A stretch of 64,000 bases of DNA, from the NCBI GenBank assembly GCA_965250075.1, contig CBDFNH010000007.1:554709-618708 (forward strand). Reading direction: 5' to 3'. Positions within the stretch are counted from its first letter, which is position 1, and each line of letters starts with the position of its first letter. Positions 17,916 to 28,260 of this stretch are shown here, piece after piece. Source of the stretch: Mariniblastus sp. (GTDB taxonomy: Bacteria > Planctomycetota > Planctomycetia > Pirellulales > Pirellulaceae). The position numbers were made by a program, and so were the translations under genes. The notes under the pieces were generated by a model that saw only the letters and a program-made list of their open reading frames with translations, had not been told where the DNA came from and ran no database searches.

Positions 17916-19742
17916 ATGCCTGAACTTATCGCTCGAGGAACCGCATCTGACAATCGCTGGCGACGGCGCATTCCTGAAGGGCACGAGATCGTGGTCGGAC
18001 GGACTGTGGCAGGCTGGGCGGTTCCCTGGGACACAAAAATCTCGCGCCGCCATTTTGCGATGCGGCTGACCGGACGTTCGCTGCATGTCAGCACGATCAA
18101 GGACTCCGCGAACCCGGTTTTCTACAACGGGAGAAAAACCTCGACGTTTGATCTTGCGCCCGGCGAGCACTTTGTGATCGGCGACACAACGTTTCGACTC
18201 AGTGACGACCGCGCGTTTGTGACTCTGGACGTCCCTGATCCCGTCCGTCAGCGAACATTCACACATGAGTTTCTTGCCAATGTCCAATATCGCGATGCCG
18301 ATCGGCGGATCGCGGTCCTGAACCGTCTGCCCCGTGTCATCTCCGGCGCGGGCACCGAACAGGATCTGATGATTCACCTTGTCAACATTCTGATCGACGG
18401 AATTCGCAGCGCATCGACAATCGGAGTTGTCCGAATGAATGAAAACGTCAGTTCGTCCGGTGCAGCAATTGAGGTTCTTCACTGGGACCGGAGACAGAAC
18501 GCTGCGGGAGATTTCCAGCCGAGCGAATCGCTGATCCGGCAGGCAATCAGTGAATTCAAGTCCGTTCTGCACGTCTGGAATCAAAACGTCGACAAAACGG
18601 AACCGGCCGCTGAGATTGAGCAAAGTGTTGATGACTCGACGATTGTTCCCCGCCGAAGCGGGCAAAACTACACGATCGATTATGAAAACGACTGGGCCTA
18701 CGTCTGCCCGCTGCCGGGCGAAGTCTGTCGTAGCTGGGGCGTGTACGTTGCCGGCCGAAATCGGAGCGGCAGTGGATCCGATCCACTCTCTCACCCCCGC
18801 GATCTGCAGGGCGATATCAAATTTACGGAGCTGATCAGCGTTACTCTTGCTAACGTGCTGGATCTGAAAAACATGGAGCAGAGGCAATCGAGCCTGCGTC
18901 CGTTTTTTGCTCCCGTTGTTATGCAGGCGATGGCCGATCGGGATCCGGGCGAAGTGCTGACTCCGCGCGAGTGCGACGTATCTGTTTTATTCTGTGACCT
19001 CCGCGGTTTCACTGCGACGTCAGAAGAGATGGCTGACGATTTACTCGGACTGTTGGCACGCGTCAGCGAAACACTCGGGATCATGACCCGGAGTGTGATG
19101 AATCATGGTGGCGTAATCGGCGATTTTCACGGTGACGCTGCGATGGGTTTCTGGGGCTGGCCGATCGACGACCCGGCTGCAATTCTCCGCGCCTGCAATG
19201 CTGCGCTTGATATACAGAGTGAATTGAAACGCATTGCGGCAGACGCAAATTCCCCGCTGCGAGATTTTCAGATGGGAACCGGAATCGCAACCGGACCTGC
19301 TGTCGCGGGAAAAATCGGGACCAGCGATCAGGTCAAGGTCACAGCATTCGGACCCGTTGTGAACCTTGCCTCACGCCTCGAAAGCATGTCGCGCTGGTTC
19401 GCTTCGATGATTTTGACCGATGGCACAACAGCGCGGGGCCTCGACGGCTCTTCACTTGTTAGCGCACGGCGACTGGGACGAGTCCTGCCATTTGGTCTCG
19501 CACGGGAGACAGAAGTTTTTCAGATTTATTTCGAATCAGACAGCCCCGGCAAGGAACATCTGGACAAGTTTGAATCAGCGCTGCGGAATTTCGAATCGGG
19601 GGAATGGCAGACTGCGGCAGCCCGGTTTACTCCGCTGGCAGAGAATGATTCCGGGGCCGCATTTCTGCTCAACCGCATGATCGAAGCAGGAGGTCAGGCT
19701 CCGGATGGTTTTGATGGCATGATCCGGATGGCGGCCAAGTAG
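17916..19742 (+). CDS. FHA-domain class III adenylate/guanylate cyclase
   Basis: 608 aa. N-terminal FHA-like (HEIVVGRT...ISRRHFAMRL...FYNGRK). C-terminal cyclase motifs VLFCDLRGFTATSE, GDFHGDAAMGFWGWP, GIATGPAVAGKIG, FGPVVNLASRLES. Confidence 0.88.
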   Translation: MPELIARGTASDNRWRRRIPEGHEIVVGRTVAGWAVPWDTKISRRHFAMRLTGRSLHVSTIKDSANPVFYNGRKTSTFDLAPGEHFVIGDTTFRLSDDRAFVTLDVPDPVRQRTFTHEFLANVQYRDADRRIAVLNRLPRVISGAGTEQDLMIHLVNILIDGIRSASTIGVVRMNENVSSSGAAIEVLHWDRRQNAAGDFQPSESLIRQAISEFKSVLHVWNQNVDKTEPAAEIEQSVDDSTIVPRRSGQNYTIDYENDWAYVCPLPGEVCRSWGVYVAGRNRSGSGSDPLSHPRDLQGDIKFTELISVTLANVLDLKNMEQRQSSLRPFFAPVVMQAMADRDPGEVLTPRECDVSVLFCDLRGFTATSEEMADDLLGLLARVSETLGIMTRSVMNHGGVIGDFHGDAAMGFWGWPIDDPAAILRACNAALDIQSELKRIAADANSPLRDFQMGTGIATGPAVAGKIGTSDQVKVTAFGPVVNLASRLESMSRWFASMILTDGTTARGLDGSSLVSARRLGRVLPFGLARETEVFQIYFESDSPGKEHLDKFESALRNFESGEWQTAAARFTPLAENDSGAAFLLNRMIEAGGQAPDGFDGMIRMAAK

Positions 19743-19848
19743 AGAGACACCGTCAATGGACGGCGCGAATTCCGGATGAAACTTCCAGTGAACATCTGTT
19801 ACAATCGTGCCGACAACGTCATTCTCCATCGTCATTGCTCGAAAACGC

Positions 19849-20730
19849 ATGTCACGAATCACTCGAAAACAAAACCAGAAACTCGCCGGTAAAAAAGCGA
19901 GTCAGATTTCGTTCAAGTCCACGCCCGGACCGCTCTCTGAAATGACTGAACTCCAGCGTTCGTTGTTTCTTGCTGAGTGCTCAATGATGTCCTATCTTTC
20001 GGTCGAAGAAACCAACAAGGCCGCTGGAAAACTCGGATTCCTCGACGGAAATTTCTACAACAGCGACGGCGCTCAGGCGTACTGGTTTCACAACGAGACG
20101 GACAGCGTGGTTGCCTGTCGCGGAACCGAACCCAATGAATGGAGCGACATTCGCGCTGACGCCAACGCGCTGACTGCGTTGGCGGAAACAGTTGGCAAAG
20201 TCCATCGCGGTTTCAAAAGCGAAGTCGATCAACTCTGGCCGTACCTCGAAGAGAGTCTGGCCGGCAATCAGCGATCGTTGTGGTTCTGCGGCCATTCACT
20301 TGGCGGAGCAATGGCAACGATCTGTGCTGCACGTTGTCTGTTGTCGCACATCAAATCGGAGCCCGATGGTTTGTACACGTTCGGCAGCCCGCGTGTCGGC
20401 TGCCGGAAATACACCAGCTTTGTCAAATTCCCTCACTACCGCTGGGTCAACAACAACGACATCGTCACACGCGTTCCACCGGTCTGGCTAGGGTATCGGC
20501 ACTCAGGAACCGAAATGTATATCAATCGAAGCGGAGTTCTGAAGGATATCAAAGGCTGGCGGCGTTTCAGTGACCGGCTTCAGGGATTCATAAAGGAACT
20601 GACGCGGTTCCGCATCGATCAGCTTTCCGATCATTCGATCGTGGACTACATCAGCATCATTCATCAGATGGTCCGCGATGAACAAAAGTCGGGCATCAAT
20701 CAGTCGATGTCTTCAGAACAAGCAGCATAA
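19849..20730 (+). CDS. class 3 lipase family protein
   Basis: ATG at 19849 (the track start at 19807 is GTG). Nucleophile elbow CGHSLGGAMA, VACRGTEP, YTFGSPRVG, NNNDIVTRVP. Confidence 0.8.
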   Translation: MSRITRKQNQKLAGKKASQISFKSTPGPLSEMTELQRSLFLAECSMMSYLSVEETNKAAGKLGFLDGNFYNSDGAQAYWFHNETDSVVACRGTEPNEWSDIRADANALTALAETVGKVHRGFKSEVDQLWPYLEESLAGNQRSLWFCGHSLGGAMATICAARCLLSHIKSEPDGLYTFGSPRVGCRKYTSFVKFPHYRWVNNNDIVTRVPPVWLGYRHSGTEMYINRSGVLKDIKGWRRFSDRLQGFIKELTRFRIDQLSDHSIVDYISIIHQMVRDEQKSGINQSMSSEQAA

Positions 20731-20900
20731 GAAACGGCAGTTTGTGCAAGTTTGCGCCGCATCCGCGTACGCATTTCGGCAATCAGATTCGGAATGAGCC
20801 GTTTTTTTTCTTGAGCTGCTTGCGGCACTCGATCGTAGCAACGACTAAAATAGAACGAACGAATCAGGAACCCGGATTGACAGCCAGTCGATCGTTCCGG

Positions 20901-22277
20901 ATGTTTCGAGTCCTAACTTGCGTCTGTCGAATGCCGTTACGAGTCCACTGCCCGTCGGGCTGCCATATCCGAATGCCGTCCAATCGCGCAGGAAAGATTG
21001 TGCGCTGTCCGGAATGCAAGGCGACGATCCGGCTTGGCGTTCCGTCATCGACTGAATCCAGCAGCGGCAAACCGATTCCGATGTTTGCCGAACTGGTCGG
21101 ACTGTCCGTCGACAAGTCCGGATTTCCAGACGAACCGGATGTGTTCCCCTCAATCGATCTGACCGCCGGCGATCATCCGCCCGACGAAGCGGTTGCCGGA
21201 ATGAGCAACGAACCGGAAACTGCAAAACAACCGCGGCAAAATCCGCTTCCGACTCTGCCGCCTCCGTCCTCAAAACAGAAACGTAACATTCTGCCGTTCG
21301 AGAATAAGCGTTCCGACCCGCGTGACGCTGCATTTGAAAATCTTGCGCATGAGCAGACAACGCGGGGAACTTCCGAATCCGCCAAAGACGCCGCAACGAG
21401 CAGGAAAAAGAAACGGAAGAAAAATCGCACACGGAAATCATCGGTCTCTTCCGAGGCAACTGAACCGCCCGTCAGCAGAACTTCGGCTGGCGACCCGGCC
21501 AGGCCTAAAGAGCCGGCACCGGTCGGACATGACAAGGCCGCGGCTGAAAAACTACCCGGTGGCGGTTTCTCGTTGCCCGTTCCCGCTCCTCCGGTCGGCA
21601 AGGCCCGCCACAAGAAGCAAATTACAACACAACGCTTGTCATCGACTCCGTCGACTGACCGGGTCAACGAGCACGTGCCCGATCCGTCCGTCGCCAGTCC
21701 AATCGGCTTGTCGGACGCTATCCAGATCGATACCGAATTCAAAGTCGCGGAGGTCGAACAGCCTTCACCCGCAACGATTCGGGCAAGGGCGAGGGAATCG
21801 AGGTCAGACCGGATGATTCTGACCCGGTTTATCGCTGTTTGTATTCTGATTCTCGGAGTGATAAACCTTGCTCCGGCGATCTCACAGTGGCTGGCATGGA
21901 GCAGCGGCACCGAGTCCGGTGCGACGCCGCGCTGGATTTATATCCTGATGTTTCTCGCAGCCTTGCATCTGGTTTATGCGATCTACCTGATACAAATCCC
22001 TGACTGGTCGGCGCTGATTTCGGTCAGCATCGCAATGCTCGCGTTTGCATTTGTGTTCGGCGTTGTTTCAACCGGCCTGGTGCTCGGCGGGTCGCAGGGA
22101 ACCATTGCCCGGACGCTCCAGTTGGCGACCGTTCTAACCGGACCGGCAAGTATCTGGTGCGTGGCAATGTTGTGCCTGGCAACGCTGGTCAGCTATATGG
22201 GCGGCCGCGAAGCAATCAACTGGCATCGAGCCGATCGTTTGCTCGCCGAGATCATTTCTTCGAAGGCGCGTCCATGA
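20901..22277 (+). CDS. zinc-ribbon membrane protein (hypothetical), Pro/Ser/Lys-rich linker and 4 C-terminal TM helices
   Basis: ATG at 20901 (MFRVLTCVCRMPLRVHCPSGCHIRMP...RCPECKATIRL). KKKRKKNRTRK basic patch. Its stop overlaps the next start (ATGA at 22274-22277). Confidence 0.65.
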   Translation: MFRVLTCVCRMPLRVHCPSGCHIRMPSNRAGKIVRCPECKATIRLGVPSSTESSSGKPIPMFAELVGLSVDKSGFPDEPDVFPSIDLTAGDHPPDEAVAGMSNEPETAKQPRQNPLPTLPPPSSKQKRNILPFENKRSDPRDAAFENLAHEQTTRGTSESAKDAATSRKKKRKKNRTRKSSVSSEATEPPVSRTSAGDPARPKEPAPVGHDKAAAEKLPGGGFSLPVPAPPVGKARHKKQITTQRLSSTPSTDRVNEHVPDPSVASPIGLSDAIQIDTEFKVAEVEQPSPATIRARARESRSDRMILTRFIAVCILILGVINLAPAISQWLAWSSGTESGATPRWIYILMFLAALHLVYAIYLIQIPDWSALISVSIAMLAFAFVFGVVSTGLVLGGSQGTIARTLQLATVLTGPASIWCVAMLCLATLVSYMGGREAINWHRADRLLAEIISSKARP

Positions 22278-22948
22278 TACTGTTGCTCGTGCCGACGCAG
22301 AGGGAAGCCGATTTGCTTGAGAAGCATCTTCAGTTTCAATGGCAATCCGGTATCTGCGAATTACGCCTCTGCGGATTCGGCCCTGTGATTTCCGCTGCGA
22401 CGTCGGCACGGCTGATCGAACAGAAGCAACCGTCGACGATAATTCTTGCCGGCATCGCCGGAAGTTACTCTCCTGATCGACCGCCCGGCAGCGCGTCGGT
22501 TTTCAGCCACGTCACCTGTTACGGAATCGGTGTCGGCACCGGTTCGGCATTCAAAACCGCAGCCGGTTCGGGTTGGCCGCAACTGCAATCTGCAAATTCA
22601 AGCGCAAACAAAGACGACTCGATCGAACTACACATTCCCGAAGGCCTATCGGAAGTTGTCTCAGATGAACTGCTTACTGTCACATCAGCGGCGGCCGGTC
22701 CGAATGACGTACAGCTGCGAATGGAGAAGTTTCCAAGTGCAGAAGCAGAAGAGATGGAGGGATTTTCCGTTGCCGCTGCATGTCACTTGACCGGCGTCCC
22801 CGTTACGATCATTCGCGGCATTTCGAACGTCGCCGGCGATCGCGATCAATCAAACTGGAAAATCGAATCCGCAATGAAGGCAGTGGCCCGACTGGTTGAC
22901 CGAGCCGTATTAATAGCAGCCGAAAAAACAACCACGGATAAACGCTGA
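22274..22948 (+). CDS. mqnB: futalosine hydrolase-like nucleosidase (PNP/UDP family)
   Basis: ATG at 22274 (MILLLVPTQREADLL). EMEGFSVAAACHLTGVPVTIIRGISNVAGDRD. Lies next to mqnD. Confidence 0.7.
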   Translation: MILLLVPTQREADLLEKHLQFQWQSGICELRLCGFGPVISAATSARLIEQKQPSTIILAGIAGSYSPDRPPGSASVFSHVTCYGIGVGTGSAFKTAAGSGWPQLQSANSSANKDDSIELHIPEGLSEVVSDELLTVTSAAAGPNDVQLRMEKFPSAEAEEMEGFSVAAACHLTGVPVTIIRGISNVAGDRDQSNWKIESAMKAVARLVDRAVLIAAEKTTTDKR

Positions 22949-23012
22949 TGAACACGGATAAAGTTGGACTGGAAAATCCGTGTTGATCCGTGTTGATCCG
23001 TGTCCATCCGTG
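22933..23012. repeat. cluster of CACGGAT / ATCCGTG heptamers (2 forward, 4 reverse)
   Basis: CACGGAT at 22933 and 22953. ATCCGTG at 22976, 22986, 22996 and 23006 with 10-bp phasing. Straddles the mqnB stop and the mqnB-mqnD spacer. Confidence 0.85.
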
Positions 23013-23059
23013 GTTCAAAACTGGCAGCCGGACCAAGAACACCTTAATTCTCTTCGACA

Positions 23060-23923
23060 ATGACTCAAAAGAAAATCAAGCTCGCGATTTCGACTTGCCC
23101 GAACGACACGTTCGCATTTCACGGAATCCTCACCGGTGCTGTCGATACACGCGGATTGAACTTCGATATCGAATTGCTGGACATCGCAGCCTTGAACAAA
23201 GGACTGTTCGCTGGAAGGTTTGATGTGGCCAAAGCGAGTTTCCATGCTGCTGCTCTGTTAACTGACCGGGCGCAGGTCCTGCCGTCCGGTTCCGCGATTG
23301 GATTCGGAGTCGGACCGTTGTTGCTGGCTGCAAGAGAAAATTCTTCGCCGGAGACCGAACCGCTTGCGAAGACACTTTGCCCGGGACAGCACACGACGGC
23401 CACTCTGTTGCATCGAATTTTCTACCCCGATGCCGCGCAGCCTGAACACGTTGTGTTTTCCGACATCATGCCCTCGCTGGAGCAGGGGAGGGCGGACTTC
23501 GGTGTGTGCATTCATGAAGGAAGGTTTACCTGGAAAGAGTCCGGATTGTTTCTGATAGAAGACCTCGGGACTCGCTGGGAGAAAGAATCAGGAATGCCGC
23601 TGCCACTGGGCGGGATTCTGGCCCGTCGGAATCTGGGCAGCAAAACGATCGCGACCGTCGCCCGTGTGATTCACGACTCCATTCAGTTTGGCCTGGCAAA
23701 CCGCGATCAGACGCTTCCGACGATGCGACGATATGCGCAGGAATCAAGCGACAATGTTCTGATGAGCCACGTCGATTTGTATGTCAACGAATGGACACTC
23801 GACCTTGGGCGCGCCGGCAGCGACGCACTCGCTCATCTTTTCCAACGCGCGGTTGAGTGCGGACTCGTACCAGGCGGGACTGAACCGCTTGAGATTGCAA
23901 CACTCGAGAACGATCGCGAGTGA
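23060..23923 (+). CDS. mqnD: 1,4-dihydroxy-6-naphthoate synthase (futalosine pathway)
   Basis: 287 aa, ATG confirmed. Characteristic KLAISTCPNDTFAFHG N-terminus and GSAIGFGVGPLLLA. Confidence 0.8.
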   Translation: MTQKKIKLAISTCPNDTFAFHGILTGAVDTRGLNFDIELLDIAALNKGLFAGRFDVAKASFHAAALLTDRAQVLPSGSAIGFGVGPLLLAARENSSPETEPLAKTLCPGQHTTATLLHRIFYPDAAQPEHVVFSDIMPSLEQGRADFGVCIHEGRFTWKESGLFLIEDLGTRWEKESGMPLPLGGILARRNLGSKTIATVARVIHDSIQFGLANRDQTLPTMRRYAQESSDNVLMSHVDLYVNEWTLDLGRAGSDALAHLFQRAVECGLVPGGTEPLEIATLENDRE

Positions 23924-23945
23924 CAGCCTGCATCTGCGATGCGGT

Positions 23946-24431
23946 CTACAACAACGGCGACAACCGGTGAATGAGCTCGTTGGTCTCGTTACGTTTCTTG
24001 AGCCGGGCTGCTTTGCGAATCTCGCGTTCACCGAACAGCAGCTGTTCCTCTTCGGACCCCGGTTCAACGAGCGGAACCTGTATCGGGCGACCGTCTTCGC
24101 CTAAAGCGACAAATGTTAGAAACGATGTCGCAGCGATCTCTTTGGACCCGTCATTTTTTTCCGTAAGAATCTTGACGAATATTTCCATCGACGTCCGGCC
24201 AGCGCTGCAGACGTACGACAACAACGTGACAATGTTGTCTCGCTGGATCGGCTGGTGAAAGTGGACACCGTCATTGGACGCTGTGACGACCGGAGCGCGG
24301 CAGTGGCGGCGGGCGCTGATGGCAGCCGTTTCGTCGATGTGTTTCATCAACTGGCCGCCAAACAGCGTATCATGCGCATTGGTATCGCCGGGCAAGACGA
24401 TATTCTCGGAACGGGCAGCGGAATCTCGCAT
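23946..24431 (-). CDS. acyl-CoA thioesterase (hotdog fold, YciA/Acot-like)
   Basis: ATG at 24431 (the track start at 24461 is TTG). VLPGDTNAHDTLFGGQLMKHIDETAAISARRH. Confidence 0.85.
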   Translation of the reverse strand: MRDSAARSENIVLPGDTNAHDTLFGGQLMKHIDETAAISARRHCRAPVVTASNDGVHFHQPIQRDNIVTLLSYVCSAGRTSMEIFVKILTEKNDGSKEIAATSFLTFVALGEDGRPIQVPLVEPGSEEEQLLFGEREIRKAARLKKRNETNELIHRLSPLL

Positions 24432-24594
24432 CGGTTTGGTTTCGCGGTCTGACACTGACAATCCAAAAAAAATAAATGAAATCTGGTAACGGTTAGGAGT
24501 ACTCGGATCAGGATTGCTTAAGCTTCAGCTTTTCGTGACCCTCCACTGTGATTCTTAAGTCGCAGTCTAGTTCTTGAGGTGTTCCTGGTAGCAC

Positions 24595-27500
24595 CTACTG
24601 TTCGCTGTCCGACTTCCGTCTTCGCAATTGAATTTCCGGAATCATGTTGCCCTGAGCCACTCGCCGGGCAATCGATGGAAGTACTTTTTCGGCATCCCTC
24701 CATTTCGACCAATCGGCGCGCAGCAGCTTCATACCGGCATCGATCCGTCCTTCGGCTGCCCACTCTTCCAGCGTCCGTTTGGTGAGCGGGCCATACTCTT
24801 TCACGCCGTTGCCTGCATCGATCGTCGAACGAATTCTAAGAATCCAGCTGTCAAACGGCGGCGGCACCGACCACGACTCGTCAATCTCCAACAGCTCTGT
24901 GGCAGGGGCAACCACGGCCGGCTTGGAGGGCTTGATCAGGACGTCAGGTGCCATGAACAACTCCGGTGTTGGCTGGCTCAAATCCGACAACCAGCTCATG
25001 CCTGCCAGTGCGGAAGAATGATCCGGATCGAACTTCAACACGGACTTGAAATCGTCGCTGGCGCGTTTCCAATGTTCCAACTGAGCCCACGCGATCGCCC
25101 GTGCGACTCGCGCTGGTATTTGAGCCCGCGCGTCAGCCCGGAACAATACGACAACCTGGCTGAAATTGTTGATCGCCGGGCGGACACGTCGCATCTGGTA
25201 AAACGATTTACCCCGTGCGAACAGGATCTCGGCCAGATCCCGGGTTTTGTCAAAACGATGCAGGGCCTTGGTCAGCCAGATTAACGCGTATTCGTGACGA
25301 CCGGTTGCCGTCAAAGCCGCAGCGCGACCCGCGTAAGCCCGTGCCAGGCGGTTGTCTCGCCCCAGCGCAATTTCGAAATCACTGAGTGCATTGTCGTGCT
25401 GCCCGCGTTTCAGGTTTGCGAATCCGCGCTCGACGAGGATGTCGGTGCGCGTTGGATCAAGCTCCAGAGCGCGGGTAAAGTCATCAACGGAATGAAGCAG
25501 GCGGTCGGAAAGCATGTTCGCGTTTCCCCGTTTCCGCAACGTTTCCGGATCCGAGGAATCGATTCTCAAAGCACGATCGTAGGCCCGAATGACTTTTTCG
25601 TATCTTATATGCGTTCCGGTCGCATCTGGAATCTGCAGCAGGTCGCCGTGCAATACATGGTAAACAGGATTGCCCGGAAACTGTTTGATCGCCTTAACCA
25701 CATCCATCAGCGCAACCTGATACCGGCCGCGCCGGGTTCGCGCTGAAGCCCGGTGATATCTTGCCAGGTGGTCGGACAAATCGCGGCGGATGATCTTCGT
25801 GAAGTCCTCACCAGCCGGTTCATGTTCACCCGCTTTGCCATAAGCCTGACCGCGTCGCATCAGCGTTTCGTGATCGTCAGGTTCGATTGAAAGTGCGCCG
25901 GTGTAGTAGACGACTGCCTGTTTGTAGTCGCCCAGAAAATGCCAGGCCAGCCCGAGGCTGCGATAGACGTCCGCGTTTTCTTTTCCGCGCTGGAGCTCGT
26001 GGCGGAAGAAATCGACGGCGCGTCTTGCAACCGGTCGCCCGAGTTTCAAATAACGGCCGGCCATCGAAGGGCGCATTGTAATCGCGTTCTCTAAGGAGAG
26101 AATCGCACCGGGCCAGTCCTCCAGCTTTGAACAGACGGCCGAATTCCAGATCCAGGTTCCCGCATGATGTTTGCGTAGTTCCAGCGACGCTTTGAAATCG
26201 TCAGCCGCCTTGTAGTACTCGCTCAGTTCGTATTGCGACGTCCCCCGACGGTACAGATTTTCCGCCTTCTGTTCGTCATACGGAGCCAGCCGGATCGCCC
26301 GGGTGAATTCCTCAATCGCGCGAGGATAATCGCAAAGACCAACGTACACTTCCGCCAGCGCCGCAAACGCTTCGTGGTTACGGTTGTCCAGCCGGACTGC
26401 TTTTTCAGCTTCTGTCAGGGCGAGATCCAGCTGGTTCCGCTTTGTAAAAATCCGGGCCCGCCCGAGAATGGCATCGATGTTTGACGATTCGATTTTCAGC
26501 GCTCGATCGAAATCAGCCAGCGAAAGATCGGGACGGCTCAATTTCAGATAGGACTGCCCCCGCCGGATCCGCACCGCGAGATCTTCAGTGTGGGTGCAGA
26601 GATATTTCGTGTAATCATCGATTGCCAGCTGATAGTTGCGAATCGCCTGGTAGCTGTCGCCACGCCGTTGAAGGGCGAAGTAGTTGTGCGGGTCAGTTTC
26701 GATCGCATCCGAGAAGTCGCTGATCGCCTCGACATGCTGTTGCAGCTGTTGTCGCAGCGTTCCGCATTGGATCAGTCGCCCCGCATCGCCGGCGCATTTT
26801 TCCCTCAGAATTGTCATGTCTTTGGCAGCCCGTGCGTAATGACCGAACGCGTATTTTGCCTTGGCGCGAATTTTCAAGGCGTCGAACTGCCATTCCGGAT
26901 CAGTGCTTCGAAATGCAAGATCGCACAAACGGATAATCTCCTGCATCTCGTCTCGATCGAGTTCCTCGCGAGCAGCTGCTTTTTCGCCCAGCCGCGTTTT
27001 TGCCATTCCGAGCGCCGCCGGTGGATGTTTCGGATCCTGATCGAGTGCCAGCTTGAAATCCCGGGCCGCACGATCGTAACGATCCAGCCGGTAATAGATC
27101 CAACCACGTTCGAAAAACATTTGCGGGCTGTCGCGACCGGCTTTTATCATCTCACGAAAATGATCGCTGGCCGCCTCCGAGTACGAATCCATGAGTTGTA
27201 GATAGGGATCGGGCTGATCGCCCGCCTCTTCGCAGGCGCGGGCAAGGTCGTCAAACGCCAGCCTCCATTTTGACTGCTCGCCACGCGCCGCCGCACGCCA
27301 CGCAAAGCTCTGCGGCTGAGTCCAGAATCGCTCAATCGCGAGTGTGCAATCGTCTTCCGCTTTTTCAAACTGACCGCTCTTCAGTTTCGAATATCCCCTC
27401 AGCGCATACAGTTCGCCAAGCCGCTCCGGAGGTGCATCAACGATCGCGCGATTGAGAAACTTGATCGCGGCAGAAAAGTTCTCCTGCTCCACGTAGTCAG

Positions 27501-27696
27501 CGGCGCGATCCATCAATAACTCGGCCTCGGTTTGCATACTGGCGATCGGAATGCCGTCGCTTGATTCCGCTGCAACCGGAACCGGTTCAGCCTTGCCTGC
27601 TGATTCAATCTGGGCGTCGAGGTTCCAACCACAACGGCCACAATCAAACGCAAAGTCGTTCAATCGAGCGCTGCAGTTTGGACACGTGCCGTGCAT
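24595..27696 (-). CDS. large TPR-repeat protein with N-terminal zinc ribbon and C-terminal GYF_2-like domain
   Basis: 1033 aa, ATG confirmed. CPNCSARLNDFAFDCGRCGW. More than 15 TPR-like 34-aa repeats. C-terminal EYGPLTKRTLEEWAAEGRIDAGMKLLRADWSKW. Confidence 0.85.
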   Translation of the reverse strand: MHGTCPNCSARLNDFAFDCGRCGWNLDAQIESAGKAEPVPVAAESSDGIPIASMQTEAELLMDRAADYVEQENFSAAIKFLNRAIVDAPPERLGELYALRGYSKLKSGQFEKAEDDCTLAIERFWTQPQSFAWRAAARGEQSKWRLAFDDLARACEEAGDQPDPYLQLMDSYSEAASDHFREMIKAGRDSPQMFFERGWIYYRLDRYDRAARDFKLALDQDPKHPPAALGMAKTRLGEKAAAREELDRDEMQEIIRLCDLAFRSTDPEWQFDALKIRAKAKYAFGHYARAAKDMTILREKCAGDAGRLIQCGTLRQQLQQHVEAISDFSDAIETDPHNYFALQRRGDSYQAIRNYQLAIDDYTKYLCTHTEDLAVRIRRGQSYLKLSRPDLSLADFDRALKIESSNIDAILGRARIFTKRNQLDLALTEAEKAVRLDNRNHEAFAALAEVYVGLCDYPRAIEEFTRAIRLAPYDEQKAENLYRRGTSQYELSEYYKAADDFKASLELRKHHAGTWIWNSAVCSKLEDWPGAILSLENAITMRPSMAGRYLKLGRPVARRAVDFFRHELQRGKENADVYRSLGLAWHFLGDYKQAVVYYTGALSIEPDDHETLMRRGQAYGKAGEHEPAGEDFTKIIRRDLSDHLARYHRASARTRRGRYQVALMDVVKAIKQFPGNPVYHVLHGDLLQIPDATGTHIRYEKVIRAYDRALRIDSSDPETLRKRGNANMLSDRLLHSVDDFTRALELDPTRTDILVERGFANLKRGQHDNALSDFEIALGRDNRLARAYAGRAAALTATGRHEYALIWLTKALHRFDKTRDLAEILFARGKSFYQMRRVRPAINNFSQVVVLFRADARAQIPARVARAIAWAQLEHWKRASDDFKSVLKFDPDHSSALAGMSWLSDLSQPTPELFMAPDVLIKPSKPAVVAPATELLEIDESWSVPPPFDSWILRIRSTIDAGNGVKEYGPLTKRTLEEWAAEGRIDAGMKLLRADWSKWRDAEKVLPSIARRVAQGNMIPEIQLRRRKSDSEQ

Positions 27697-28260
27697 TTCC
27701 TATCCCTGTTGTTCGTCAGAATTTCAAACGCCTGGATTGATTCGATACCGCAAGTACTTGCCAACCCAATTTGGTATCGCAATGCGGGACCGCCAACACC
27801 GCCCATTTCCACCGGACGCGACCGAATTGCAGCTAAGGCTGTCCGATTATTCGTGAAAAAGCGTGTAAGTTGTTTCAGAGCAAGGGATTTCGCGAGGTCG
27901 AATCGGGCTGATGTTGATGAGATTGCGGAGCGGATGCCAGCGTTTGGCCTTGTTTCATTATCGACACGAGCATGAATACAGTCAAACCATCGGGCCTCAG
28001 AACCGGAAAAATCAATGGTTTCCTCGTTGAATCGGTGTTGGCTTCCCGGTATTACCTACGGTCCGGGATCTGCGGAAGTTGGCGGCCAATTTGTCGGGAT
28101 AGAACAGGGTGTTGAAAAGATGGATGGAGGCAGGAACCAGGATTAGATGCAGGAAACGGTATAATTAGGGAGTAAGAAAGGACCTGGCGGAACCTCAGCC
28201 GAAACCGAAACCGTTCCCTGTGGTTTAATGTCCGGGTGCTTCAGACGGCGCAGGCCCAAA

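Noticed and set aside
17424-18887. 487-aa minus-strand ORF
   Set aside because: It is antisense to the well-supported FHA-cyclase gene and the upstream membrane protein gene. Its Arg/Ser/Pro-rich composition is typical of antisense frames in GC-rich DNA, and no motif is present.
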